From assembly GCA_964016885.1 (NCBI GenBank), contig OZ024743.1, forward strand, positions 173,290,001-173,354,000: DNA of 64,000 nt, in the 5' to 3' direction. Positions 52,520 through 64,000 of the stretch are shown here, piece by piece. Numbering within the stretch: the first letter of the stretch is position 1; every line of letters begins with the position of its first letter. A program made the position numbers and the translations under genes. This stretch comes from Eledone cirrhosa. Lineage: Eukaryota. The notes under the pieces were generated by a model, which ran no database searches, was not told the DNA's origin, and saw only the letters and a program-made list of their open reading frames with translations.

Positions 52520-54998
52520 ATATATAATAATGGCATTCAATCAGAACAATAACAACAATACTAGCAATAAATTATTTGAAATAATCACAACATCAATCTA
52601 AGTAAGAAATATAGTATATCTACGACTTTAGCTTGTAAAACTAGCTGACATGAGGCAGATGTATGAAATTGACATGTAAAAGCTGTCATGGGGTGTATTA
52701 TATATAGTGTAGAGATAAGCCGGTGGCTTTAAACACTGAACCATTTCCTTTACTGTAGGTCTGGTGACCGTAAGAATTATTTATTATCTGACAGATGAAA
52801 TATTTATCATTGTAGTGAGGATAGTAATATTTGTGGTGTGAGGTGGGTTCAATATTTATGGGGTCTATATTAGATGAAGGGATTGTTAGTTCGAATCATG
52901 GGGTTGTTTAGCTTTCACATCATCAATAACATACATGTATAAGATAACATTAACAGAGTAGCAATATAACAGGCAAGTTAATACAGAGGTTAAGGAGGCA
53001 ATATATATATATATATATAAAGAGAAAACATGCTGACTACAATTATAACAGGAGGAAGGTAATGTTCTGCTGTAGTAGTATTCTGAAATGTTCTTGGATT
53101 TAGGTTCATTTGTTGAGAGTCAAGGGTGAGGAAGGTGTGTTGGCAGCAGCTGAGAAGGGATATATTTATGGGTTGATAAGATACTTGCAGACATTATTGC
53201 GGTATAGAATTAGGAAGGCTAGAATTTACTTAATGATTATAGTTCTGTGGTGGTCCATGCAATATTGTGGATATCATAAGTTGAAAGCTAAGTTATGTCA
53301 GTTCGATTCACGGAGGCTTAAATCTTGTGAATTTAGTGGCGATCCTGTGTCTGCAAAAATTGATCTTTCAAACTTGTTGTTAAGTAGCCTTTTTACATTC
53401 CTAAGGATATATAGTAATTCTAGATCACAGAGCCTACAGTGGGACATACCGGTACTGTAAGCCCTTGCGGCCGACAACCTCGACCAGTTGATATTGTAGT
53501 TGGTGTTATTGTCCTTAAGTTCCCAGATTTTTTTGGCGAGGGTTGTAGAACCCATAAGTGCACGGTTCTTCATCGAGTGTCTGTGCACATACCATCTTTT
53601 TTTAAAAGTACCCGCAGTGGGTCCAATGTAATGCTAAGTGGAGTTGCCCGAGTTGACCGTACACATGTACACTAGGCTCGAATTAAGGCATCTATTCGCT
53701 AATGGGCACCTATCTGGTAGGTGACAGTTGCAGTTTGAGGTGTTATTCCGTGCAGCTTCCACACTGCTGTTTTGTACACTGCTATAAGTGGGTTGTGATT
53801 TATGCCCGTTGGGGTTTTGCTGCTGCGTGCTTGTATGCATTTGCGGTTGTGATACTGTGATGTGTTTATGTTTATAATTTGGTGCTATGTTGCGCATAGG
53901 TGGGGCGGATTCCCTAGAGGTATTTCTGTGGTTGATCTTACGTATGTGTGATTCTATATTTGCAGCCGTAGAGTATGAGAGTTTTATAGTTTTTCTATTG
54001 AGTATTTTATGATATCTGTGTGATATAGGGAAGTGTTTATCTATTAGTTTAAAGAACATAGAAGGCAGTCTAGTTTTTACAGAGGAGTTGAAGATTGGAT
54101 TGAACCACAGGTATTTTCTTTCTCTGATTCTTCTATTGTTTCTAGGGTTTACATTATTGGTGTTTGGACCACTTACTCTAGGTGCTACATGCCTAACTCT
54201 ATGTCTAGTCCTGTTACCTCTATTTTTGTGTGAACGGTTGGTGTCATTGTTAGTAGGTTTGTTTAAGTTGTCTTTATTCGTTATAAACTGCATGCAGCTT
54301 ATCTTTATGTCCAGCCCTATGTAATGCCGCGTTATAATAGTTAGCATGTTCATTAAAAATTTCTAGGTTTGAGGATAAGCGGGATATTCTAAGGGATATA
54401 CTACGTGCTATGGATCTGATTATGGATCTGGAGTGGTTTGAGTTATAACTAATGTAGGCCAGATTCTCATTGTTTTTGTGGAAGGGTTCTATTAATCGTG
54501 TATTTAGATTTAGAGTCACATCTAGAAAGTTTACCTTTTTATGGTTCAGTTCGTAGGTAATACTTAGGCCTAGTTTTTTGAAGAATGTTCTAATGTTTTT
54601 TCTTAATTTTTCCATGCTCTGGTTGTTTAAGTTCCTAGCTATAAGGAGCGTGTCGTCTCTATAAATCCCTCCTTGGAGGTTACTGAATTCCTTATGGAGG
54701 TTGTGTGCTATAAATAGCCCCACGACGTCAGTGATTTGCGCAGAGTCATTTGATCCCATTGTGATATCGAAGCTGTTTATCCTAACTTTTCTTAAACAGT
54801 AGCTATTTTCAAATTTTATGATAGTCCTTCTAGCCGCTATTATTATTTCAATTTCCTCAGGGGTAAGATCGGAGTTATTTTGGGCAAATATTAAGCACTT
54901 TATCTAGGGTGGCTGGGGATATGGATGCATAGTAATCGTTTATATCGAATTGTATGAAGTTACATGTCCCTCTATTTCTTATTTTATTGAACCATTCA
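52520..54998 (-). mobile_element. Naiad-like PLE, 5'-truncated and frameshifted
   Basis: MGSNDSAQITDVVG, GIYRDD, NFLDVTL, WFNP, CNCHLPDRCPL, CRLC; 3' boundary uncertain. Confidence 0.85.
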
Positions 54999-55077
54999 AT
55001 ATATATATATATATGTCCCAAGGCTCTGATACTATCAACACCAAAAACACAGAGCTGGCATATCTAAGAACTGATTA

Positions 55078-55133
55078 ACTGCCTGATGAGTTCATAGCCA
55101 TTCAATGGCTATCATCGAATTATATATAGCAGT
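55078..55133 (+). ncRNA. Minimal hammerhead motif (family J), GAAA changed to GAAT
   Basis: actgc-CTGATGA-gttcatagccattcaatggctatcatc-GAAT-tatata-TA-gcagt. Confidence 0.65.
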
Positions 55134-55174
55134 AAATAAAGGATTATGAGTTCATGCAATTGACTTATGTTTCG

Positions 55175-55240
<66 letters not shown>

Positions 55241-55245
55241 CATAC

Positions 55246-55283
<38 letters not shown>

Positions 55284-55371
55284 ATGTATATATATATATA
55301 CGTATATATATATATGTATATATACGTATACATATATATAGGTGTATATATATATATATACATATACATAC

Positions 55372-55471
<100 letters not shown>

Positions 55472-55539
55472 CCAAATATATACATATATAAAAATATATT
55501 TTTTTGTTATTTCTTTTTTTTGTTGATCGACTTTCGTCA

Positions 55540-55715
55540 AATCGGACTTTCGTCAAATCGGACCAAGGAAACAATGTTTCCGTTGGTCTTTCCAATTACT
55601 AATACTATCTATCGGTCGTAACTCCATGTGGGAGCAAGGGGAAATAAACTGTCTTGCTCGAGGACATAACGCATCGCCCGTTCCAGGAATCGAACCAACA
55701 ACCTCACGATTTGCG
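55540..55715 (-). mobile_element. tRNA-derived CORE-type SINE
   Basis: Minus strand ggttcgattcc B box and tcctcgagcaagaca; related to 26175-26370. Confidence 0.65.
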
Positions 55716-55744
55716 AAACATATATATATATATACATATATATA

Positions 55745-56068
55745 TGGCTTAGTGGTTAGAGCATTGGCCTTGCAATTGAAAGGTTGTGAGTTCAATTCTC
55801 AGACTGGGTGATGTGTTGTTTCCTTGAGCAAGACACTTTATTTCACATTGCTCCAGTTTACTCAGCTGTAGAAATGAGATGATAGGGACTGGGGTCCCTA
55901 TCATTCCACTGTAAAGTGGTCGTGGAGGCGCCACGGTAAAAAAAAGCACCCAGCACTCACTGTAAATGAGGTTGATGTTAGGAAGGGCATCCAGCTGTAG
56001 AAATCAAGCCAGAATCAGTTCCCGTCCCACCCTTGCAAGCAGGGAAAAGCGGACGTAAAATGATGAAG
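55745..56068 (+). mobile_element. tRNA-derived CORE-type SINE with RTE-derived 3' tail
   Basis: A box tggcttagtgg, B box gagttcaattc, ccttgagcaagacactt, tail ccttgcaagcagggaaaagc. Confidence 0.8.
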
Positions 56069-56078
56069 ATATATATAC

Positions 56079-56178
<100 letters not shown>

Positions 56179-56329
56179 ATACTTTGGGAGGGTCATGTTG
56201 CCAATAAGAAACACACGCACCAGTTGCTTTCACTTCAATTTAATTTATTAAATATTTATAAATTTACAAATTTATAAATTTCTGGTTGGTTGGTTGGTTC
56301 CACAACCAGATAGTTGTTTATATATATAT

Positions 56330-56374
56330 AGTCATAGTTCTTTCGTCACACACTCTGTGACCTCTTCAGTGACT
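56330..56374 (-). ncRNA. Minimal hammerhead ribozyme (family D)
   Basis: agtca-CTGAAGA-ggtcacagagtgtgtgac-GAAA-gaac-TA-tgact. Confidence 0.78.
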
Positions 56375-56679
56375 GGGGATTTCTTTCTTCGTTTCTGTGC
56401 CTTTCCTTTCTTCTATCCTACGCCATTTTGTTTGTGTGTGGGTTGCGTGCTCAGTTTGCGCATGCGCCACATCCGGGTGTCTGTGTGTGTTTGTGTTCAT
56501 TTTTCTATTTTTCTATTTATATTTTTCTATTTGTTTGTTTATTTATTTATTTATTATTGGTTGGTTGTTTGTTCTATGTGTGTGTGTGTTTTCATTTTGT
56601 CTTGTGTGTGTTTTCATTTTGTGTGTGTTTTCAATTGTAAGTTGTTTGTTCTATGTGTGTGTGTGTTTTCATTTTGTCC

Positions 56680-59382
56680 TTAATTGTAAGTTGTGATGTT
56701 GCTGTTCCACTCATATTTTCTATTTAATTTTGGTTTTAATTCTTTTATGCTTACTGCCTCTGTAATTTGCCTAAACATTGCGTCTTTCTTGTGTGTGGAT
56801 TCTATTTTTATTTCTATGCTCTCTAATTTACCCCTGTGTTCTATCTTAGCATGTTGGTAGAGCACAGATGATTCTTTACTATCTTGGAGGTCTCGCCAGT
56901 GTTCATTTATTCGTTCCCCTATACTACGAGCTGTCTCACCTATGTACACTACATTTTTGTTTCTACATTGTCCTTCAGTACATCTTATGCTATATACTAC
57001 ATTTCTAGTTTTACAGTTAATATGGGGGCTTATTTTACAGGTTATACATTTCTTATCTATACATGAGGGTCTTTGGAACGGGTATGTCTTGCTAATAAGT
57101 GTTTTTACGGAGGTACCAGGTCTTTCTACTATCTTAATATTGAGATTATGTTTCTTTAGGGCCCTTCTAAATTTGTAGGCTAGTTCGCCTCTAGGGGTTG
57201 TATTGATGAACATTACACTCTGGTATTTATTGCTATCATACCATGAGTTTATTCTATTGGCCTTCTTCTTAGTTCTTTCTATTCTATTCCAAAATTTGCT
57301 CCTATACAAGGGGCAGGTCCCATTTATGTCATTATTTACCATTTTTTCCCATTTGGTTCTGGCTCCTTTATACACTCTGATTCTATCTCTCTGATTGTAG
57401 CCAGAGAACTGCATACGGTGGATGAAGTGTTGTATGTGTCTCTCTAGTTCTTCGGGGTTGCACATGCGGGACACATTTCTCATCACCCGTACCAAATCCG
57501 CAATCAGTATGTTGATTTTGGTATGGTCCGAAATGGCCGAGTTTCGGTGGATCAGATGTTTGGAAGTCATGGGTTTGGCATAATGGGAATGGAGGATTTG
57601 TTTTTGGTTGTTAATAGTATCTAACCAGAGCTCTGTGTCTAGTACAGGTAATCGATGGTTGGGGTGTCTACTTGGGTAGTCTATAGTAACTCTAATGCTC
57701 TGGTGGATGGAGTTTGCTATTTGCTGGATGCTTTCCATTGTGTTTTTCTCTAGTTCCTGACTGTTCTTTAGTGGGGGTGTCTTAACTACGATGTTTATAT
57801 CATCTACGTAGCGGGAGTACATTATCAGGGTTAAGCTGTCTTCTAATTGTTCATTAAGTTTTTGTTTAAGTCTACTGTCCCACCATACCATGAATAAGTT
57901 AGCTATGTCGCATGCAATGCTAACACCAATGGCTGCTCCTTCCTCTTGGGCATATGTTTTACCATTAAATTTGAACATATGTTCCTTAAGGGTTAGTTTT
58001 ATGCTGGCCCCTACCGCATGTGCAATCATTTTCTTCAGTTCATCGTGGTTTTCGGGTGTCCGTATGGCTCTGGTCCACCCGTTCCATCTATCTGTGTGGG
58101 TTTTCTTGGCCATTGAGGTAATGGTAGGTGGTCTGCCTCTTGCTGGTCTTGTAGGGCACAGGTTGCTAAGGTCATAAGTGTCTAGGTAACTATTACTATG
58201 GGTAAGCTTAAGTAGAAGTCCCAGCTCACTGGTATCAATCCCACGGAACTCAACCTTGCTCTCGCTGATCATTTCGACGCATTTCTCCACAGCAAAATCC
58301 ACGTCAATAGATGGATACAGGGACACAACATCCATACTGCCTATTATGCAGTTTGTTAGGTCCCCAGATCGGTTACCCGCGCCGATTCTGCCGAGGAGGT
58401 CCTCCGTGCTGTCACACACATCTGGGGACATCTCAATGATGGGGCGTATGATCAGGGAGAGGAAGTAGGACAGTCTGTAGTTACTAGCAATGTTAGCCCC
58501 ACAGACTGGCCGTGTTGGTGGTCCCGCGACAGGGTCCCAGCCCGTTTTATGGTCTTTACGAAGCCCATACAACGCCGGCACGTCATTGTTCCAGGCCTGG
58601 AAGTTGTTGGCAGTCCTTTTGTTGGGCTGCATTATATTTGTCCACATCACCATATGGGCATTGAGGGTTTTTTCTCTATCCTCATGCTCCTGTGGTGTTA
58701 CCTCTCTTGTGTTAGTGATGTGGGGTTGCATTGCCTGGATGTAGTTTGGCAGGCTGTCAACCGACATTCTGCCAGACTTGTCTGTTGTAAAGCATGCTAT
58801 CTCTCCATTACGCGAGCGCTGCATGAGCTTACGCAAGCCATTTGCAGATTCTTCTCCCAGTTGCTGGGCCTCTATTCTATTATGCTTCTTGCTATACTGT
58901 TCTATAATATTTCTAAGTTCGGATTTAGCTATACTAAATTGTGCCTCTGTTTGTTCATCGACCTGCGACGGCAACTGCGTGCGTTTGTTAAATGGCAAAG
59001 TCGTGGCGTGGACTCGTCGCAGGTCGAATGATTTATCGGAGGGGTTATAAAACGGAGAGTTCCAGGCTGCTGCTTTATGTGTACTAGTGCTATTGTTATT
59101 GTTAGTTGTGTTGTTTCTATTTCCACCAACAGCAGCAGCCTCAGCTTCATGGTTGTTTCTATGTCTCTCATAATTACTCCTGTCTCTTTCCACTGGCTCA
59201 ATGTTGTTATCTACCCTATTTTGTGTGTCTGTGTGTTCGTCTTGGTTATTCTCTTTGTCCTTAGTCTCCCTTCTCCTTTTAATCCTATTACTTTCTCTTA
59301 TTTCTCTGATTTCTGTGCTACTGTCATTACTTGTTTTCTGTGTCTGTGTGTTTGTTAAGATTGTGGTGGTGGTGAGAGGCAT
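56680..59382 (-). CDS. Penelope-like reverse transcriptase with C-terminal GIY-YIG endonuclease (900 open codons)
   Basis: TDKSG, LYGLRKDHK, TRPV, SMDVVSLYPSI, QEEGAAIG, RYVDD, LPVLD, Cys-rich linker, VVYSIRC...YIGETARS...RINEH. Confidence 0.93.
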   Translation of the reverse strand: MPLTTTTILTNTQTQKTSNDSSTEIREIRESNRIKRRRETKDKENNQDEHTDTQNRVDNNIEPVERDRSNYERHRNNHEAEAAAVGGNRNNTTNNNNSTSTHKAAAWNSPFYNPSDKSFDLRRVHATTLPFNKRTQLPSQVDEQTEAQFSIAKSELRNIIEQYSKKHNRIEAQQLGEESANGLRKLMQRSRNGEIACFTTDKSGRMSVDSLPNYIQAMQPHITNTREVTPQEHEDREKTLNAHMVMWTNIMQPNKRTANNFQAWNNDVPALYGLRKDHKTGWDPVAGPPTRPVCGANIASNYRLSYFLSLIIRPIIEMSPDVCDSTEDLLGRIGAGNRSGDLTNCIIGSMDVVSLYPSIDVDFAVEKCVEMISESKVEFRGIDTSELGLLLKLTHSNSYLDTYDLSNLCPTRPARGRPPTITSMAKKTHTDRWNGWTRAIRTPENHDELKKMIAHAVGASIKLTLKEHMFKFNGKTYAQEEGAAIGVSIACDIANLFMVWWDSRLKQKLNEQLEDSLTLIMYSRYVDDINIVVKTPPLKNSQELEKNTMESIQQIANSIHQSIRVTIDYPSRHPNHRLPVLDTELWLDTINNQKQILHSHYAKPMTSKHLIHRNSAISDHTKINILIADLVRVMRNVSRMCNPEELERHIQHFIHRMQFSGYNQRDRIRVYKGARTKWEKMVNNDINGTCPLYRSKFWNRIERTKKKANRINSWYDSNKYQSVMFINTTPRGELAYKFRRALKKHNLNIKIVERPGTSVKTLISKTYPFQRPSCIDKKCITCKISPHINCKTRNVVYSIRCTEGQCRNKNVVYIGETARSIGERINEHWRDLQDSKESSVLYQHAKIEHRGKLESIEIKIESTHKKDAMFRQITEAVSIKELKPKLNRKYEWNSNITTYN

Positions 59383-59394
59383 TGAATGCGTGTG

Positions 59395-59750
59395 TGTTGT
59401 TGTTGTTGATGTGTGTTGTTGTTGTCTCCGTGTGTGTGTGTGTTATCGTTGTTGTGTGTGTTGTTATTGTTGTTTGTGTTTGCGTGTCTGTTGTTGTTGT
59501 ATCTGGGTATGTTGCTATTGTTGTTGTTGTTGATGTGTGTGTTGTTGTTATTATTGTCTCCGTGTGTGTTGTTATTGTTGTTTGTGTCTGCGTGTCTGTT
59601 GTATCTGGATATGTTGCTATTGTTGTTGTTGTATCTGGGTATGTTGCTATTGTTGTTGTTATTGTTGTTTGTGTCTGTGTGTCTGTTGTTGTTGGGATGT
59701 GTGTTGTATATGTGTGTGCGTATATTGTTGCTTTTGTTTTTGTTTTTGAT
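59395..59750. repeat. (TTG)n/(TG)n compound tandem repeat inside the PLE coding region
   Basis: Also present in the inverted copy at 61565-61760. Confidence 0.85.
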
Positions 59751-60099
59751 GCTCCAGCGTAGTTTCGTAAATGATTTTTCTATTTCTGACAGACAACTAA
59801 TCATATTTACCTTCTTGAATGTCGCAAATTTGGGTGGCAGACGTAACACAGACATTTCATTATTATCTATTTCCGTGTTTCCATAGATGTTGGTATTTTC
59901 ATTGTTGAACTCTTCAGATAATGAGGTGTCGGCCATGTTGATACCGTCAATTTTGTCGGGATATCTATTGGTATACTCTATAGTATCCCGATTTAGCTTT
60001 GCCTGTTTAAGCCACTTTAATTTTCTGTTAAAGTGCTTATTACATTCATATATATATATGTCTGTGTATGTATGTATGTTTATATATATATATGTGTAT

Positions 60100-61385
60100 G
60101 TGACCCACACATCCCCCCCCCCCACTGCCTGAACTCCCCACCTCTCTTCCTTTAGCCTTCGACCGTCCCTCTCCCATACACACACACACTACTAACACCA
60201 CTAAAACACTCCCAAGAATCACTGTCCCCTCCACTTCCACCTCCCACTCCACTCCCTGGGCCCATCCCACAACTAATAATACTGACTCCCACACCTACTT
60301 GGCCCACCCCAGCACTAATAACACTAACATATCCACCCTCCCCCTATCACATGCGCACCCACACCCTCAACACGCACACACACACCCACCAGTACATATA
60401 TACACTCACTCACACTATTCACACACCCTACTACCACCACTAACGCCAACCCACACATCCACATCCGACCACGCCACCACTAATAATACTAAACATCCCC
60501 CCAACCCACCTTCCCACTCAGCACACATACACTCACCCACCGATACACCACCCACTCCACACTCACACTACCACCACTAACCCCCACTCTCACCTGCATT
60601 CAATCCCCCACCACCAATAATACTAACATCCACTCTAACACACACACACACTCACTCATACCAGTACATTACACTCACTCATACTGTCCCCAGCACATCT
60701 CTTTCTCTCTCTCCCCCCGCCCTACCAACACCCCACACACACATCCCACTAACACCTCCACTAATATACACGCAAACCCCCCACACACTGCCACCCTCTC
60801 CCTCAACCTTTCACAGTACCCATCCCCTCTCCGCACACCCATACACACATTCCACACCACATACAGACCATCTCTAACACCCGTTCGCCTTCCCCCGACC
60901 CTCTGACCACTTCCTGTTGCGCGCGAACCCCACAACTCTCTACTTCCTCCACACCATACCAAGGATTCTACACTACTGGTCACATCGCTCCAGGCATCCA
61001 CCCTGCTATACTCCGAATTTTCAACAGCCATTCCTGTACCCCGCGGGAAAACATCCAGGAACACACACAAACACACTATTTTCGCACACACGCAACCATA
61101 CATCCACACCACACAAACACACACACACACATGCGTATCCTCACATACACACACTCGGCCTCCGGACTATGCACGCCCCTTATCCCCCACCCCCTCTGAC
61201 CCCTCTCCATCGACACGCACACACACATGTACTACTGGTTTCCCTTTATCCGAACATGGAACCTCATTCTACCCCAAACTCACACTCACATCCACACATA
61301 CACACACGCACACACCACATTCGGCCCTCCCCGTTCGAACCCCTGTCTCCCTCCCCCCTCCATCCACCCACCACCACCCCAGATG
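60100..61385. other. C/A-rich low-complexity spacer between the inverted PLE copies
   Basis: Strong strand skew; recurrent ccaccactaataatactaac motif. Confidence 0.7.
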
Positions 61386-61387
61386 CC

Positions 61388-62927
61388 TCATTGATGGTAT
61401 AAACATGGCCGACATACCGTTAACGGATGAATTCAACAACAACAACACAAATATATACGGCAAAACTACAGCTACCACCTAAATATGCCACATATAATAA
61501 GGTAAATATGATAAGATGCTTGTCAGAAATAGAAAAATCATTTACAAATTTACATTGGAGCCTCAAAAACAAAAACAAAAACAAAAGTAACAACACAAAC
61601 AACATACGCGCACACACACACACATAACACACATCCCAACAACAACAGACACACAGATACAAACAACAATAACAACAACAACACACACAACATCAATAAT
61701 AACATACACAGATACAACAACAATAACAACAACACACATCAACAACAACAACACACGCACATCCTATGCCTCTCACCACATACAGACCCAGAAAACAGAA
61801 AATAACAGTAACACAGAAGTAAGGGAAGGTAATGGGATTGAAAGAAGAAGGGAGACTATCGATACTGGCAGAAAATAACCAGGACAAACACACAGACACA
61901 CAAAATAGAGTAGATAATAACAATGAGCCAGAGGAAAGAGACAAGGGTAATAATGAGAGACATAGAAACAACCATGAGGCTGTTGGTGGAAATAGATATA
62001 GAAACAACACAACTAACAATAACAATAGCAATAGAACACATAACGCAGCAGCCTGGAATTCTACTTTTTCTAACCCTTCCGATGTGTCCTTCGACCTACG
62101 ACGAATCCACGCCACGACTTTAACTTTTAACAAACTCACGCAATTGCCGTCGCAGGTCGATGAACAAACAGAAGCACAATTTAATATAGCTAGATCTAAA
62201 CTTGGAAATATTATAGAACAGTATAGCAAGAAGCAAAATAGAATGGAGGCCCAGCAACTGGGAGAAAAATCTGCAAATGGCTTGCGTAAGCTCATGCAGT
62301 GCTCACGTAATGGAGAGATTGCATGCTTTCCAACAGACAAGTCTGGCAGAATGTCGGTTGACAGTCTGTCAAACTACATCCAGGCAATGCAACCCCACAT
62401 CACTAACACAAGAGAAGTAACACCACAAGAGCATGAGGATAGGGAGAAAACCCTCAACGCTCATATGATGATGTGGACAAACATAATGCTGCCCAATAAA
62501 CAGACTGCCAACAACTTCCAGGCCTGGAACAATGACATGCCAGTGTTGTATGGGCTTCGAAAAGACCATAAGACGAACAGTGACCCAGTCACAGGGCCAC
62601 CAACACGGCCAGTCTGTGGAGCTAACATTGCTAGTAACTACAGACTTTCCTACTTCCTCTCCCTGATCGTATGCCCCATCATTGAAATGTCCCCGGATAT
62701 ATGTGACAGCACGGAGGACCTCATCAGCAGAATCAGCGAAAATAACCAATCTAGGGACCTAACAGACTGTATAATAGGTAGTATGGATGTTGTGTCCCTA
62801 TACCCATCCATTGATGTGAATTTTGCTGTGGAGAAATGCGTAGAAATGATTAGTGAGAGCAATGTTGAATTCTGTGGGATTGATATCAGTGAGCTGGGAC
62901 TCCTATTTCAACTTACTTATAGTAATG
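61388..62927 (+). pseudogene. Inverted partial copy of the family D PLE (N-terminal region and first half of RT)
   Basis: ORF 61832-62932 closely parallels 56680-59382; interrupted at 62928. Confidence 0.9.
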
Positions 62928-64000
62928 ACTAGCAGTAAAGCCCGGCGTTGCTCGGGGTCGCTCAGTAGCTGTGTTAAAGTTACAATGTTAAGTTTCTTTT
63001 TTGGCTTAAAAACTGTAGTGTCTACTGTGCAGGCTTGCATGTGGTGTTTTTGATTAATATTCCCTCAACCAACAATATGCCTTATGAAGTTAAGAAAACA
63101 TAACGATAACCCGAATGTTATAACAAAAGAGGATGCTGGGGATAAAAACTGCACTGGTTATTTATTAACAAAGATCGAAAATGTAAACACTGCAACGCAG
63201 AGAAAAACATTAGCGTAACCAAATTATCATTTATGTCTGTCTGCACGCCTATATCACGTCTCTGCACGACTGTCTGTCTGCACGCCTATATCACCTCTCT
63301 GCACGACTGTCTGTCTGCACGACTGTCTGTCTGCACGCCTAACGAAATTTACAGATACATATATTTTAAATAAACTTATATAATTTTTGCTTTTTTTTTT
63401 ACGAAATATTTGCTTGTTTTACGTAGTCTTTAAATAGACTTGTTTTCAAGTAAAAATATTGTTTTAAAAGGCTTTTAAATGGAAATGAAGCAAAACGGAA
63501 GCTTAGTGTTCGAACTGATGAATTTTGCAGGTCAAAATTTTGCTGGCTCGACAACTGTTCGTGTATTGTGTTAATGTCATTTTAAACGCTGAGAAAGCCA
63601 GCGTAATTTTTTTAATTTTTGCACGCAGACGCTCAATGTAAACAGAACAAAGGGAAATAACTCGTCACTTACGCTCAAAAATCGATACATTAGATTCGAT
63701 TTCGTCACATAGGGTGGGTCAATTTGAAATATTTTTTTCCGATGTCTTCGCTAGGGCTCAATGTACAAGTATAGCAATTTCGGTGCAATTCCGTCAGAGA
63801 TTCTAAGAGGCGATGTGTGCCAAAAATCGATAGACAGACAGACAACCACAGCTTTATATATATGGAACAAAGGGAAATAACTCGTCACTTACGCTCAAAA
63901 ATCGATACATTAGATTCGATTTCGTCACATAGGGTGGGTCAATTTGAAATATTTTTTTTCCGATGTCTTCGCTAGGGCTCAATGTACAAGTATAGCAATT
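62928..64000 (+). mobile_element. Helitron/Helentron-like non-autonomous element with internal and terminal tandem repeats
   Basis: actagc...cccggcgttgctcggg start; gtctgtctgcacg repeats at 63235-63340; acagacagac...tttatatata at 63833-63863; 63645-63779 repeated at 63865-64000. Confidence 0.55.

Noticed and set aside
55745-55810. tRNA gene
   Set aside because: A and B boxes belong to a multi-copy SINE head; no complete cloverleaf
60100-61385. Telomeric repeat associated with the PLE
   Set aside because: No regular TTAGGG/TTAGG array
63235-63340. CRISPR-like repeat-spacer array
   Set aside because: Simple minisatellite without unique spacers, eukaryotic context, no cas genes

Overview
Eukaryotic (animal) genomic DNA, very AT- and microsatellite-rich. 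The repeat content resembles a coleoid cephalopod such as octopus (inference). The only host gene I can support is a GIPC-family PDZ gene on the + strand, seen as two internal exons (12497-12866 and 26820-26923), so nearly all of the window appears intronic. The introns are filled with decayed retroelements: RTE and R4/Dong LINEs, tRNA-derived SINEs, a nearly full-length Ty3/Gypsy element (40911-46659), a hAT MITE, Helitron-like ends and many Penelope-like elements (PLEs). The PLEs are of two kinds: Naiad-like (YRDD RT, CNC-CPL GIY-YIG) and a Neptune/Nematis-like family with one 900-codon open RT+GIY-YIG frame and an inverted partial copy. The main unannotated signal is about 15 type I hammerhead ribozyme (HHR) motifs from about 10 sequence families. 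They include a full three-stem HHR with a compensatory U3:A8 core, minimal HHRs with palindromic loops, a perfect 330-bp palindrome with an HHR in each arm, and a small foldback element enclosing an HHR. All structures were folded by eye and no database search was run; repeat boundaries are approximate.
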